Assembly: GCA_001778495.1 (NCBI GenBank) | Contig: MFHE01000010.1 | Span: forward strand, 55,292-119,291 | Source: Candidatus Giovannonibacteria bacterium RIFCSPHIGHO2_01_FULL_45_24 | Lineage (GTDB): Bacteria; Patescibacteriota; Minisyncoccia; UBA11713; 2-01-FULL-45-33 | Length of the DNA: 64,000 nucleotides | Reading direction: 5' to 3' | In this document: positions 30,448 to 39,413 of the stretch, one piece after another | Layout of the letters: each line of letters begins with the position of its first letter | Numbering within the stretch: position 1 is the first letter of the stretch | Notes under the pieces: model-generated | What the model saw: the letters and a program-made list of their open reading frames with translations, nothing else | What the model was told of the DNA's origin: nothing | The model's database searches: none | Position numbers and translations under genes: made by a program

Positions 30448-31830
30448 CAAAAGCGCGTTAAACCGCAAGGGCTCCCAATCTTTTACTATTTTCATCAGCG
30501 GCAAAATGAAAAGCGGGGTCAAAAAGAGCCATATTCTCTCAACCTCGCCCTGGAAAATACCCATGAGCAAAAAAAGCCCTACCATGATAAATCCGAGCGA
30601 TGCGGCCAAATTCTCGCGCCGCCAAAATTCCTTAATCCGCCCGACCAGCAAAAAAACGTTCGGGAGACCTAGATAGACGGCAAATGCAGATAAATTCATA
30701 AAAAAGTAAACAAAATATATCAAGAGCGATTCAAAGTTGCTTTTGATTTCCGCATTTTGCGCGGCGCGCGAAACCCAAAAATTTTCCCAAATTGAATAAT
30801 CGTAAACCAAATAAAGGGCCGCAAAAAAAAGCGCGAGGCCGGCAACAGCCGCGGCGGTTCTGAAAATCAAGCGCTTGGCCTCACCGCTTTTTCCGTAAAC
30901 CATAAAAAGCAGAATCAAAAAGAGCGGGGCAGCGAGCAAAAACAAATAATTTAAAAATAGCGCGGCGGCGGCGGCCACCCCGCCCAAAAAAGATAAAACC
31001 GCGCTTCTCATCCAGCCGGCATAGATTAAAAATATGGCGATCCAAACAAAAAACAAAAAAACCGCGTCCATTGAAGTCGCGCTCATCATCGCAAAACTTG
31101 GGAAAAAGACAAAAAGCTCAAGTCCCCTTCTTGTTTCCCTCTCGGTGGCAAAATTCTTTAAAAAATAGTAAAGTGGGAAAACGGCAAGCCCGCCGAGCAT
31201 AACCGTAAGCGCCGCCATACCGCCGAAACCCGCGTGCAAGTATTTCTGGAAAAAATAAAGAATAAGTGTATACCCCGGCGGATGTATGCGGGTGTGTATT
31301 GACAAGGACTGGCTTAAATCAATGAAGTTCTTCAGAAAATCAGATGTGTTTCTTATCAAATAAAGATTCCCGGTGTACTCAAAATGAGTGCGGGTAAACG
31401 GCTCATAAACGCTAAAAAAACCTTCGCGCACGGCCGCCACGCCGATGCTGAAAAATACAAAAAAAACGTAGAGCGCGAAGAGGAATTTAAAAACAGCAAC
31501 TCGCTCCATCCTCTCCCGAAAACGCAAAAATAGCATGAAAAGGAGCGTAGTGCCGGCCAGCCACAGCCACCCAAGCGCCTTGGGCGAAGGGATGGCGTAA
31601 AAAACCAGCCGATCGGCGATGTAATTATAAGGATACATATAAAAAATTACGAGCTTTAGGAACGCAAGCGCAAAAAGCGAGATCGCGGAAATGTAAAAAA
31701 GTTTTTTAGAAAATTGGTCGTTCCTAAAATAGCCGAAGTAAAAAAGAGCAAAAATAACAGCAAATAAAAAAGCAACAATGCCCCCCCAAAAAGCAACCGC
31801 AAGCTTAGCGCCGGAGATTTCTATCATCAT
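30391..31830 (-). CDS. Multi-TM GT-C-like membrane protein
   Basis: HTRIHPPG and GEVERIWL motifs; more than 10 TMs. Confidence 0.65.
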   Translation of the reverse strand: MMIEISGAKLAVAFWGGIVAFLFAVIFALFYFGYFRNDQFSKKLFYISAISLFALAFLKLVIFYMYPYNYIADRLVFYAIPSPKALGWLWLAGTTLLFMLFLRFRERMERVAVFKFLFALYVFFVFFSIGVAAVREGFFSVYEPFTRTHFEYTGNLYLIRNTSDFLKNFIDLSQSLSIHTRIHPPGYTLILYFFQKYLHAGFGGMAALTVMLGGLAVFPLYYFLKNFATERETRRGLELFVFFPSFAMMSATSMDAVFLFFVWIAIFLIYAGWMRSAVLSFLGGVAAAAALFLNYLFLLAAPLFLILLFMVYGKSGEAKRLIFRTAAAVAGLALFFAALYLVYDYSIWENFWVSRAAQNAEIKSNFESLLIYFVYFFMNLSAFAVYLGLPNVFLLVGRIKEFWRRENLAASLGFIMVGLFLLMGIFQGEVERIWLFLTPLFILPLMKIVKDWEPLRFNALLSLLFFQIITLQILFYTYW

Positions 31831-32521
31831 TCCAGTTTATAACGATGCCGCCCACATCGGCAAGAGCGTGGAGGCGCTGATGAATTTTATCCAGAGCGAA
31901 AATTTAAACGCTGAAGTTTTGATAATAAATGACGGAGGCAAAGACGCCACGGCAAAAATAGTTGAAGAGAAATTAAAAAAATATCCGGCGATCCGTTTTA
32001 TAAATAGGGCAAAAAATATAGGCAAAGGCGCGAGTGTGCGCGAAGGCATCGCCACCTCCTCCGGTAACGTCATTATTTTTACCGACGCAGATTTGCCGTA
32101 CGGCACAAAGCATTTTAAAGAAATGATTGAGTTTCTGCGTTCATGGAAAGCTGATTTGGTTATCGCAAACCGCCACCTGTGGTCAACCTGGCAGGTTGAC
32201 CAATTTGGCATTAGCACTGTAAGACGTCTTACTCATTGGAGCTTCGGGTTTTTAGTCCGAAATCTTTTGCATTTGAGATTTTCAGACACCCAAGCGGGAC
32301 TTAAAGGAATGAGTCATAAAGCGGCGGGGGTGATTCTCCCGAAATTAAATATCAACGGCTTTGCTTTTGATTTGGAGCTTTTGGTTGAAGCCCAAAAAGC
32401 CGGCCTAAAAATCCAGGAGGTTCCGGTGGTTTTGGAAAACGCCGGCCAGTCAAATATCAAAATAGCCAGAGATTCTCTCCGGATGCTTATAGATATAATT
32501 AAAATCTGGCTTAGCTACTGA
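31778..32521 (+). CDS. GT2, polyprenyl-phosphate glycosyltransferase (Alg5-like)
   Basis: IPVYND, NIGKG, TDADL, DTQAGLK and FAFDLE; carries an in-frame palindrome (WSTWQVDQ). Confidence 0.85.
   Translation: MPPQKATASLAPEISIIIPVYNDAAHIGKSVEALMNFIQSENLNAEVLIINDGGKDATAKIVEEKLKKYPAIRFINRAKNIGKGASVREGIATSSGNVIIFTDADLPYGTKHFKEMIEFLRSWKADLVIANRHLWSTWQVDQFGISTVRRLTHWSFGFLVRNLLHLRFSDTQAGLKGMSHKAAGVILPKLNINGFAFDLELLVEAQKAGLKIQEVPVVLENAGQSNIKIARDSLRMLIDIIKIWLSY
32180..32202. repeat. Palindromic micro-element (copy 2), in frame in the GT2 gene
   Basis: TGGTCAACCTG-G-CAGGTTGACCA. Confidence 0.85.
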
Positions 32522-33909
32522 CTAAGTTTTCTATATAAAGAGTAGTGGCCGATTTGTTTTTGTATTTCGTAATCAGACTCTAGAGTATTGACGAATATAT
32601 CAACTGGCGCGCTTTGAACAGCAACATAATTATAATTTTCTATATCGGTTTTTCCAAAAGACAAAACAGGGTTTATTCGCAGATACTGATAAACTTGCCG
32701 GCTTTCAATCAAAAAAGCTGCGCTTGAGGCGTTGATAATAAAAATTTTATCATCTAGTGTGGTTGTTTCCATGACATATTTGGAAAAAATTTCAGTTTCA
32801 TCGGAATAATATAAACTGGAGTTCCGCTGGCTTATGGTGTAGGAGGTCTGGAAAATAAAAAGCAGGGCGATCAGAGAGACGGCGGCTTTTCTGCCAATCA
32901 AGCGGAGTGCGGCGGCCGGAAAGACCAGAAACAAAACCATATGCGCGGGGAAAAAGTAGCGGTACCAGCCCGGGGTTTTGAGGTAAAAAGCCAGGACCAG
33001 CAAAATAAAAGCAGCTAAAATAATTTCAACTTTTTTTACATCTTCGCCTTTTTTGTTTTTCCAAAAAATGAACGCGGCGGACGCCAAAAAAAGCAATAAG
33101 AAATGAATTGGCGTGGACTCCGTGAAAAATCTCAAAAAATTCGCGGAAATCAGGTCGCCGAAATTAACAGAAGCGTAGGAATTTGAATAATAGTTAAACG
33201 CTGGAAAAAGTCCGGCTAAAGAAAAACTCGGCAAAATCGTGTATAGCCAAAAAATCAGCGGAAACAGGGCTCCGGAGGCAATGAGCAAGAACCGTTTCAG
33301 CAAAATTTTAAAATCGTTTTTATAGTAGACGATTTCGCCAACCAAAACCGCCGCAGGAACAATCAAAAAAACCGGCTTGGCGGCGGCGGAGAGGCCGGTG
33401 AAAAGTCCGGCTAAAAACAATTTGTTAAAATTAAATTCCGGCGCGAGCAGCAGCAATGCGCATAAAAAGTAAAACAACCCCGGAATTTCCCCCAAAACGG
33501 CTTTACCATTGCCGTAAAAAGGCGTAAAAGATACAATCAGTGCGACGCTCATAAGAGCCGCAGTTTTTCCGTAAAGCATTTTTACTAAAAAATAGGCGGC
33601 GAGCGAGAATAAAAACAAAAACAAAACCATAGGCGCTCTGGCGGCAACCAAATTAAAGCCGAATAATTTCATTGATAAAGCCGCCGGCAGCAAAACAGGA
33701 TAATTGCTGGTAATCAAAAATTGGCGCGTCTCAACAAATTCGCCGGGCGCAATCTCCAAACTAAAAACTCCGTGATTTATTAATCCTTTGGCAATGCCTA
33801 AATTAATCCCCTCGTCAAACCAAGTGGCAGGGCTGTAAGGCAAGCGCCATACGCCAAACAAAATCAAAATGACAAATAGAAAAGTTAAAATCAGGTTATC
33901 TCGCGGCAT
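32515..33909 (-). CDS. ArnT/PMT-like GT-C glycosyltransferase
   Basis: WFDEG after TM1, LGEIPG, KP and RYFFP motifs; many TMs. Confidence 0.78.
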   Translation of the reverse strand: MPRDNLILTFLFVILILFGVWRLPYSPATWFDEGINLGIAKGLINHGVFSLEIAPGEFVETRQFLITSNYPVLLPAALSMKLFGFNLVAARAPMVLFLFLFSLAAYFLVKMLYGKTAALMSVALIVSFTPFYGNGKAVLGEIPGLFYFLCALLLLAPEFNFNKLFLAGLFTGLSAAAKPVFLIVPAAVLVGEIVYYKNDFKILLKRFLLIASGALFPLIFWLYTILPSFSLAGLFPAFNYYSNSYASVNFGDLISANFLRFFTESTPIHFLLLFLASAAFIFWKNKKGEDVKKVEIILAAFILLVLAFYLKTPGWYRYFFPAHMVLFLVFPAAALRLIGRKAAVSLIALLFIFQTSYTISQRNSSLYYSDETEIFSKYVMETTTLDDKIFIINASSAAFLIESRQVYQYLRINPVLSFGKTDIENYNYVAVQSAPVDIFVNTLESDYEIQKQIGHYSLYRKLSQ

Positions 33910-35134
33910 ATTTTTTATAAATAAAATTAAATCCGGCGCCGGCGAATAAAAGAATAAAAGGCGTCAAAGGCAGCATATACCTGCTCATGTCCGCGCCCAA
34001 CCCTAAAGCTCCTACCGAAGCGGCATTTACCAAAAAAAAGAGAAAGATCAAATAAAACCAAATCCTCGCTTTTTTTTCAAAAAAAAGCAAGAGCGCAAAC
34101 GCGTAAAGCAGCGCCCAGAATGCCCAAACCGCCGCGGCGGCGGCAAAAATCCACTTTCCAAAATTCTCGTCAAAAAGCTGCGGCAATTTCGGTTTTAAAA
34201 CATAATTAGTGAGATAAAAGTACGGATTTTTAGAAAGCGACTCCAGAACCACAGAGGCGTAAAATTTGGCGTAGGCCCATGGCCTTTCTTTAAAAATTTC
34301 AAAAAAATGCCTCTGGTAAAATGGGATATTTGCCGGATCGTAAGGCGGAAGTTGCGGGCGCGGCAGTATAAACCCTTCTCTATCCGCGAATATCGACGTA
34401 ACAACGCCGTAAAGGTTATACCACGAAGCGGAAGATAATTGCCACGTATCAAAAACAATTTTATTGCGAAGCATCCATGGGAAAAGCACGGCCAAAAACA
34501 GCGTGGTGGACACAATAATTTTTTTCAAGCCGATCTGTCTCCAAAACATCATAATTAGAAATAGCGGGAAAAAGTATATGCCAACGGAGCGCGTAAGCGT
34601 TGCCAAACCAAAAAATAGAGTAAACTGGTAATAACGCCTTAAAACAAAATAATAAAAGGCCAGAATAAACAAAAAGGCAAACAAATAATCTGACATCAAA
34701 AGATTATTCCAATAAACAGACATTGGCTCAACACTCATAAAAACTGCCGCAAAAAAGCCCACATTCCGCGAATTAAAAATTAAAATGCCGATGCGGTAAA
34801 CTAAAACCGCCATGAACCCGGCCAAGACATTTTGCGCGAAAACAATTGCAAAAATCGGCAACTTAAACCACAAAAACGATGCCAAAAAAAGCGGATAGAG
34901 AGGCGTGCGATAGGCGTCGGGCACGTACGGCGGGGCCGCACTCATGCTGAAAATATGATTTTCGACTAGATTCTTCGCCAGAGGAAGATAAAAAGAAAAA
35001 GCGTCCGAGTAAGCCAGAAATCCCTGCGATCCAAATTTAACCTGCACAGAAACCGCGTACAAGAACCTGACCCCGAACGCCAGAAAAAAAATCCAAATCT
35101 CGGTTTTATGATTTTTGAGCCAGCTCAAAATCAA
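33896..35134 (-). CDS. ArnT/PMT-like GT-C glycosyltransferase
   Basis: RTPLYPLFL, LMSD, PWMLRN and RYMLP motifs. Confidence 0.78.
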   Translation of the reverse strand: MILSWLKNHKTEIWIFFLAFGVRFLYAVSVQVKFGSQGFLAYSDAFSFYLPLAKNLVENHIFSMSAAPPYVPDAYRTPLYPLFLASFLWFKLPIFAIVFAQNVLAGFMAVLVYRIGILIFNSRNVGFFAAVFMSVEPMSVYWNNLLMSDYLFAFLFILAFYYFVLRRYYQFTLFFGLATLTRSVGIYFFPLFLIMMFWRQIGLKKIIVSTTLFLAVLFPWMLRNKIVFDTWQLSSASWYNLYGVVTSIFADREGFILPRPQLPPYDPANIPFYQRHFFEIFKERPWAYAKFYASVVLESLSKNPYFYLTNYVLKPKLPQLFDENFGKWIFAAAAAVWAFWALLYAFALLLFFEKKARIWFYLIFLFFLVNAASVGALGLGADMSRYMLPLTPFILLFAGAGFNFIYKKYAAR

Positions 35135-35835
35135 TCAAATAAATTAAATCTGATAATAGCCGAGATGGCGTAAAGGCCGTCACGCCAGCCGATTTTTTTC
35201 CCTTCGGCGTAAGTCCGGCCGCTGTAGGAAATACCAACCTCGTAAACGCGGAGTTCGGCCTTGGCGACTCTGGCGACGATTTCCGGTTCAATGCCGAACC
35301 TGCTGCTTTTGAGTTTCGGCAGGATTTTCAAGAGCGCCGTGCGCCTGAAAGCTTTATACCCCGTCTCCATATCGGTTAAATTGAGGTCCGTAAAAATATT
35401 GGAAAGCGTAGTCAGAATTTTATTGCCGACATAGTGCCAGAAAAATAAAACCCGGTGCGCCGAGGCACCCATAAAACGCGAGCCGAAAACCACGTCAGCC
35501 CGACCGTCCAAAAGCGGAGCCAGCAAAATTTTATATTCGTTGGGATCATATTCCAAATCTGCGTCTTGAACAATAATAAAGTCGCCGAGAGCTTCCTGAA
35601 ACCCGCGCCGGAGAGCCGCGCCCTTGCCTTTATTTTTATCCTGGTAAAGTATTCTGTATTTGCCTGTTTTTTCTAAATGTTTTAAAACTTCGCGCGTGCC
35701 ATCGCTTGAGCCGTCATCAACAACCACAATTTCTTTTTGCGATTCGCCGACATCAGCGCCCTCCGCGCGTTTCAAAATCTCCGCAATAGTATTTTTCTCG
35801 TTGTACGCTGGGACAATAATGGAAAGTTTAAACAT
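35131..35835 (-). CDS. GT2, DPM1-like glycosyltransferase
   Basis: PAYNE, DDGSSDG, QDADLEYDP and DMETGYK motifs. Confidence 0.9.
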   Translation of the reverse strand: MFKLSIIVPAYNEKNTIAEILKRAEGADVGESQKEIVVVDDGSSDGTREVLKHLEKTGKYRILYQDKNKGKGAALRRGFQEALGDFIIVQDADLEYDPNEYKILLAPLLDGRADVVFGSRFMGASAHRVLFFWHYVGNKILTTLSNIFTDLNLTDMETGYKAFRRTALLKILPKLKSSRFGIEPEIVARVAKAELRVYEVGISYSGRTYAEGKKIGWRDGLYAISAIIRFNLFD

Positions 35836-35879
35836 GCTATGGATTATAACCTAAATTTTCTATATAGTTAAATGTAATT

Positions 35880-37499
35880 ATGAACTTGAGAACATGGCTT
35901 ATTTCTATTTTGGCTTTGGCGTTTCTGATAAGAATCGCTGGTGTAAGCTATGGGCTTCCTCTTTGGCTAGTTGATGATGAACCTCCTTTCGTATTGGCAG
36001 CGCTTAAAATGCTTGAACTAAAAACTCTGTTGCCGGCGCTCCATTTTGCTGATTTTAAGACCGTTCTTTACTATCCGCCGTATCTCGCCTATTTATATTT
36101 GCCGTTTTTTGCGGCACTTGCCGCGGTAAAATTTTTATTCTATAAAGGCGCGGCGAATCTTTTCGCGGCGTATTTATTGAGCGACCTCTCTGGATTTTTT
36201 ATAATCGCGCGAGTAATAAATATTCTCTTGGGCGTCGCATCGGTTTATTTAATTTATAAAATAGCAAAAAATATTTTCACAGACGAAACTCCAGCTCTGT
36301 TTACCGCCTTTTTTGTTTCAACCAGTTTAATCCATACCGCGCTATCCATGACTAGCAGGCACTGGCTTTCCGTTTTTTTCTTCTCCGCACTCACTCTTTT
36401 TTGGCTTTCTCATCAAAAAGTCTCCGACAAAAAGAGATATCTGCTAGCAGCTCTTAGCGCGGGCGTCGGCGTGGGTTTTGCGATAACAAATATCCTTTCG
36501 GCCCTACTTATTGTCTTTTGGTACCTACTTTACGAAAAAAAATCTATTTTAGGGTTGTTAAAAGAAAAATTTTTCTACGGTTTATGCGCCCTTTTTGCGG
36601 TGCTGGCCATGCTCCCCTACTTGCTTTACCCAGGAAGCCTGGGTTTCAGAGCGGATACAACAGAGAGTGCCGCAAAAACTGTCCGGGGGCTCATTTCAAG
36701 CCCATTTTACTTCGCAAAAACCATTGCCGCCTCGGAGTTTGTGTTAATCGCGTTCGCTACGGCGGGCCTGGCTTTCGCGTTTAAAAAATCGCGCGGCGTT
36801 TTCTGGGCTTTCGCCGCGTTCATCTGCGCCTACAGCGTGATTTTTTATCTAATTTTCCGTTTTGAGCCGCGATTTTTCATGGGAATACTGCCAATCTTCA
36901 TAATTCTCGCTGGGTATGGGTTTTATGAAACACAAAAAAAAATGTCTTCCGCCGCCTTATCAAAATCGCTTATGATCCTGCTACTGCTCCCTCTTATTTT
37001 CTCGTTGCGGCTCGGCTGGTTGGCCTTAAAAAATGACTCGCGCACCATGGCGCGCTCTTGGGCTGAAGCAAACCTACCCGCCGGGGCAAAAATAATAACG
37101 CTGGCTCGGCTCACACGTTTTTCCACAAACAAAAGCGCCGTTGATGAGCAGAGGAAAATAGATTCATCTTCTTTAAGAAAAGTTGACTTAGCGGACGCGG
37201 AGCTGGGGAGGCCGAATTTTCACGCCCTGAACTTATTTGACGCCAACAATCAAAATTTCTACGAAAACTTGGAAAACTATGTTAAAGAAAACAACTACGA
37301 ATACGTGATTATTCAGCCGAACTATCGCAATGGCCAATATTTTAAAAAGGCGATGGGGAACGGAAAGCTTATAAAAACTTTCGGCTCCGGCGAATCGGAT
37401 ATGTCCGTGGCTGAAAGTCAATTTTTAAAGAATCCCTTGGCCTTGTTTCAAATAAAAGAATTTGGGCCAAAAATAGAAATATATAAATTAAACCGGTGA
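35880..37499 (+). CDS. ArnT/PMT-like GT-C glycosyltransferase
   Basis: GLP..VDDEP, YYPP and EPRF motifs; many TMs plus a soluble C-terminal domain. Confidence 0.78.
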   Translation: MNLRTWLISILALAFLIRIAGVSYGLPLWLVDDEPPFVLAALKMLELKTLLPALHFADFKTVLYYPPYLAYLYLPFFAALAAVKFLFYKGAANLFAAYLLSDLSGFFIIARVINILLGVASVYLIYKIAKNIFTDETPALFTAFFVSTSLIHTALSMTSRHWLSVFFFSALTLFWLSHQKVSDKKRYLLAALSAGVGVGFAITNILSALLIVFWYLLYEKKSILGLLKEKFFYGLCALFAVLAMLPYLLYPGSLGFRADTTESAAKTVRGLISSPFYFAKTIAASEFVLIAFATAGLAFAFKKSRGVFWAFAAFICAYSVIFYLIFRFEPRFFMGILPIFIILAGYGFYETQKKMSSAALSKSLMILLLLPLIFSLRLGWLALKNDSRTMARSWAEANLPAGAKIITLARLTRFSTNKSAVDEQRKIDSSSLRKVDLADAELGRPNFHALNLFDANNQNFYENLENYVKENNYEYVIIQPNYRNGQYFKKAMGNGKLIKTFGSGESDMSVAESQFLKNPLALFQIKEFGPKIEIYKLNR

Positions 37500-38233
37500 A
37501 AATAATAACGATTATACCAACTTATAACGAAAGCGAATTAATAGGCCAGCTTTTGGACGCGCTTTTTGAGAAAACATTTAAAGATATCCAGAACCACCAA
37601 ATGGGAGTGTTAGTCGTGGATGGGAATTCCCCCGACGGAACCGCGGAAATCGTAAAAACAAAATCGGCGAAATATCCGAATCTCAATTTAATAGTTGAAA
37701 AAGAAAAGCGCGGCATCGGCGCCGCGTATATCGCGGGCATAAAATACGCTATAGAAAAATTAAGAGCTGACGCGGTGATAGAGTTTGACGGCGACTGGCA
37801 GCACAATCCGGAGGATATAAAAAGATTGGTTGCCGAATTTGATAAAGGATACGATTACGTAATCGGCTCGCGCTATGTCGCGGGCGGCTCCATTCCGAAA
37901 GAATGGGCGCTTTGGAGAAAATCTTTAAGCCGACTTGGCGGTTTAACCGCCAAATTTGTTTTAGGGCTTCCGGTAAACGACGCGACCTCCGGCTTCAAGC
38001 TTTCCCGCGTAAAAAATTTCGCGGAACGCCTGCCGCTTGATGAAAGCAGGATTTTATCAAAATATTACGCCTATAAAATCCAGTTTCTCTACGAAATGCT
38101 GCGCCTGGGCGCAAAAACCAAAGAAATCTCGATTAAATTTCTGGAGCGCCGAGGCGGCTCCTCAAAAAGCACCCTCCGCGATATTTTTGACTCGCTTTAC
38201 GTGGTGCTCGCGCTCCGCTTTAGGAAAAAATAA
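37496..38233 (+). CDS. Polyprenol-monophosphomannose synthase-like GT2 (Ppm1/DPM1)
   Basis: IPTYNE, DGNSPDGT, GSRYVAGG and DATSGF motifs. Confidence 0.88.
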   Translation: MKIITIIPTYNESELIGQLLDALFEKTFKDIQNHQMGVLVVDGNSPDGTAEIVKTKSAKYPNLNLIVEKEKRGIGAAYIAGIKYAIEKLRADAVIEFDGDWQHNPEDIKRLVAEFDKGYDYVIGSRYVAGGSIPKEWALWRKSLSRLGGLTAKFVLGLPVNDATSGFKLSRVKNFAERLPLDESRILSKYYAYKIQFLYEMLRLGAKTKEISIKFLERRGGSSKSTLRDIFDSLYVVLALRFRKK

Positions 38234-38258
38234 AAATAGCCGGGAGTGAGTTGTTCAC

Positions 38259-39413
38259 TCAACCGGCTAAATTGACTATAAAGTCAAGTGCCCGTCTTGC
38301 TCGCTTTGCCCAAGTGTAATTTTGGGCTTTTCGGAGGGCGTTGCGGGAAAGTTCTTCGGCAAATGAGACGTTTTCTAAAACCTTTTTTATCGCGCGTGTT
38401 AAGTCCATAGAATCGTTAGGTCTAAAAAACTCCGCTTCTTTTTCGGTTAAAATCTCGCGGAGAGACGGCAAATTGGAAGCGACAATCGGCCTGCCGGAGA
38501 CCATATATTCAAAAAGTTTCAATGGCGAAGTATGCTGCTCCGACATTTTGTGCCCTGCTTTATTCGGCAATACCAAAACATCGGCGGATTTCAGATAATA
38601 CGGAATTTCAGTGTAGGGTTTATGCTCCGTCAGCAGAACATTGCTTAAATTATTATATTTAGATTTTATTTGCTCAATTTCTTCGCCACTTCCGCCGACA
38701 AAAAGAAACAAAAAATCTTCGCCGAAATTTTTAGCCGATTCCAACAAAATATCTACTCCCTTCCAATCATAAAGATAAAAACTCCCGGTGTAGAGAATTA
38801 TTTTTTTATCTTGCGGCAAGCCAAGTTTTCTCCTTGCCTCTTCTTTAGAGATTTTTATGTCAAATTTTGCTAAATCCACCGCGTCAGGGAGAACAAGAAC
38901 CTTATTTTCCGGCACTCCGAATTTAACAAGTTCGTTTTTAATAAAACTCGTCAAAACCAAAAGCGCCCTAGCTCTTCGCCACGCTTTTTTATGAAAAAAA
39001 TTTGGCTTCGCCGGCAAAGAGTGAATCTCCAGCACTATGTTTCTGAAAAATAGCCCAGCCAGCCATTCGCGAGTGTACAAAATATCGTATTTTCCGAAAA
39101 GCAGACAAATCGTTGATGAAATTAAAAACAATATCGTTTCAATGAAAAACCCCAAGCTCCCGAATCCAAAGGTAATTAAATCCAGTGTTGGCAATCTTGT
39201 AATCTTAAAATTTCGGCGAACACCATAATAGTCAAACGGGTCTTGTTTGATGGGATTTAGGCGCCGAGGCACTAATAATTCAATTTCCCCGCCTTCGCCA
39301 AGGCTTCGGCGGGCAAGCAACTCTCCAAAACTTTCGCACATTTTCATAATCTGGATACCGTGCGCTTTTTCGGTGGGAATGCGAGCATTGGCTATGTAAA
39401 TTAATTTTTTCAT
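38259..39413 (-). CDS. Glycosyltransferase family 4
   Basis: RIPTEKAHGIQ and SPLKLFEYM; carries an in-frame insert LARRSLGEGG. Confidence 0.88.
   Translation of the reverse strand: MKKLIYIANARIPTEKAHGIQIMKMCESFGELLARRSLGEGGEIELLVPRRLNPIKQDPFDYYGVRRNFKITRLPTLDLITFGFGSLGFFIETILFLISSTICLLFGKYDILYTREWLAGLFFRNIVLEIHSLPAKPNFFHKKAWRRARALLVLTSFIKNELVKFGVPENKVLVLPDAVDLAKFDIKISKEEARRKLGLPQDKKIILYTGSFYLYDWKGVDILLESAKNFGEDFLFLFVGGSGEEIEQIKSKYNNLSNVLLTEHKPYTEIPYYLKSADVLVLPNKAGHKMSEQHTSPLKLFEYMVSGRPIVASNLPSLREILTEKEAEFFRPNDSMDLTRAIKKVLENVSFAEELSRNALRKAQNYTWAKRARRALDFIVNLAG
39288..39317. repeat. Hairpin micro-element CCCGCCTTCGCCAAGGCTTCGGCGGGCAAG, in frame in GT4
   Basis: CCCGCC/GGCGGG outer arms; related sequence at 61293-61326. 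Confidence 0.65.
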
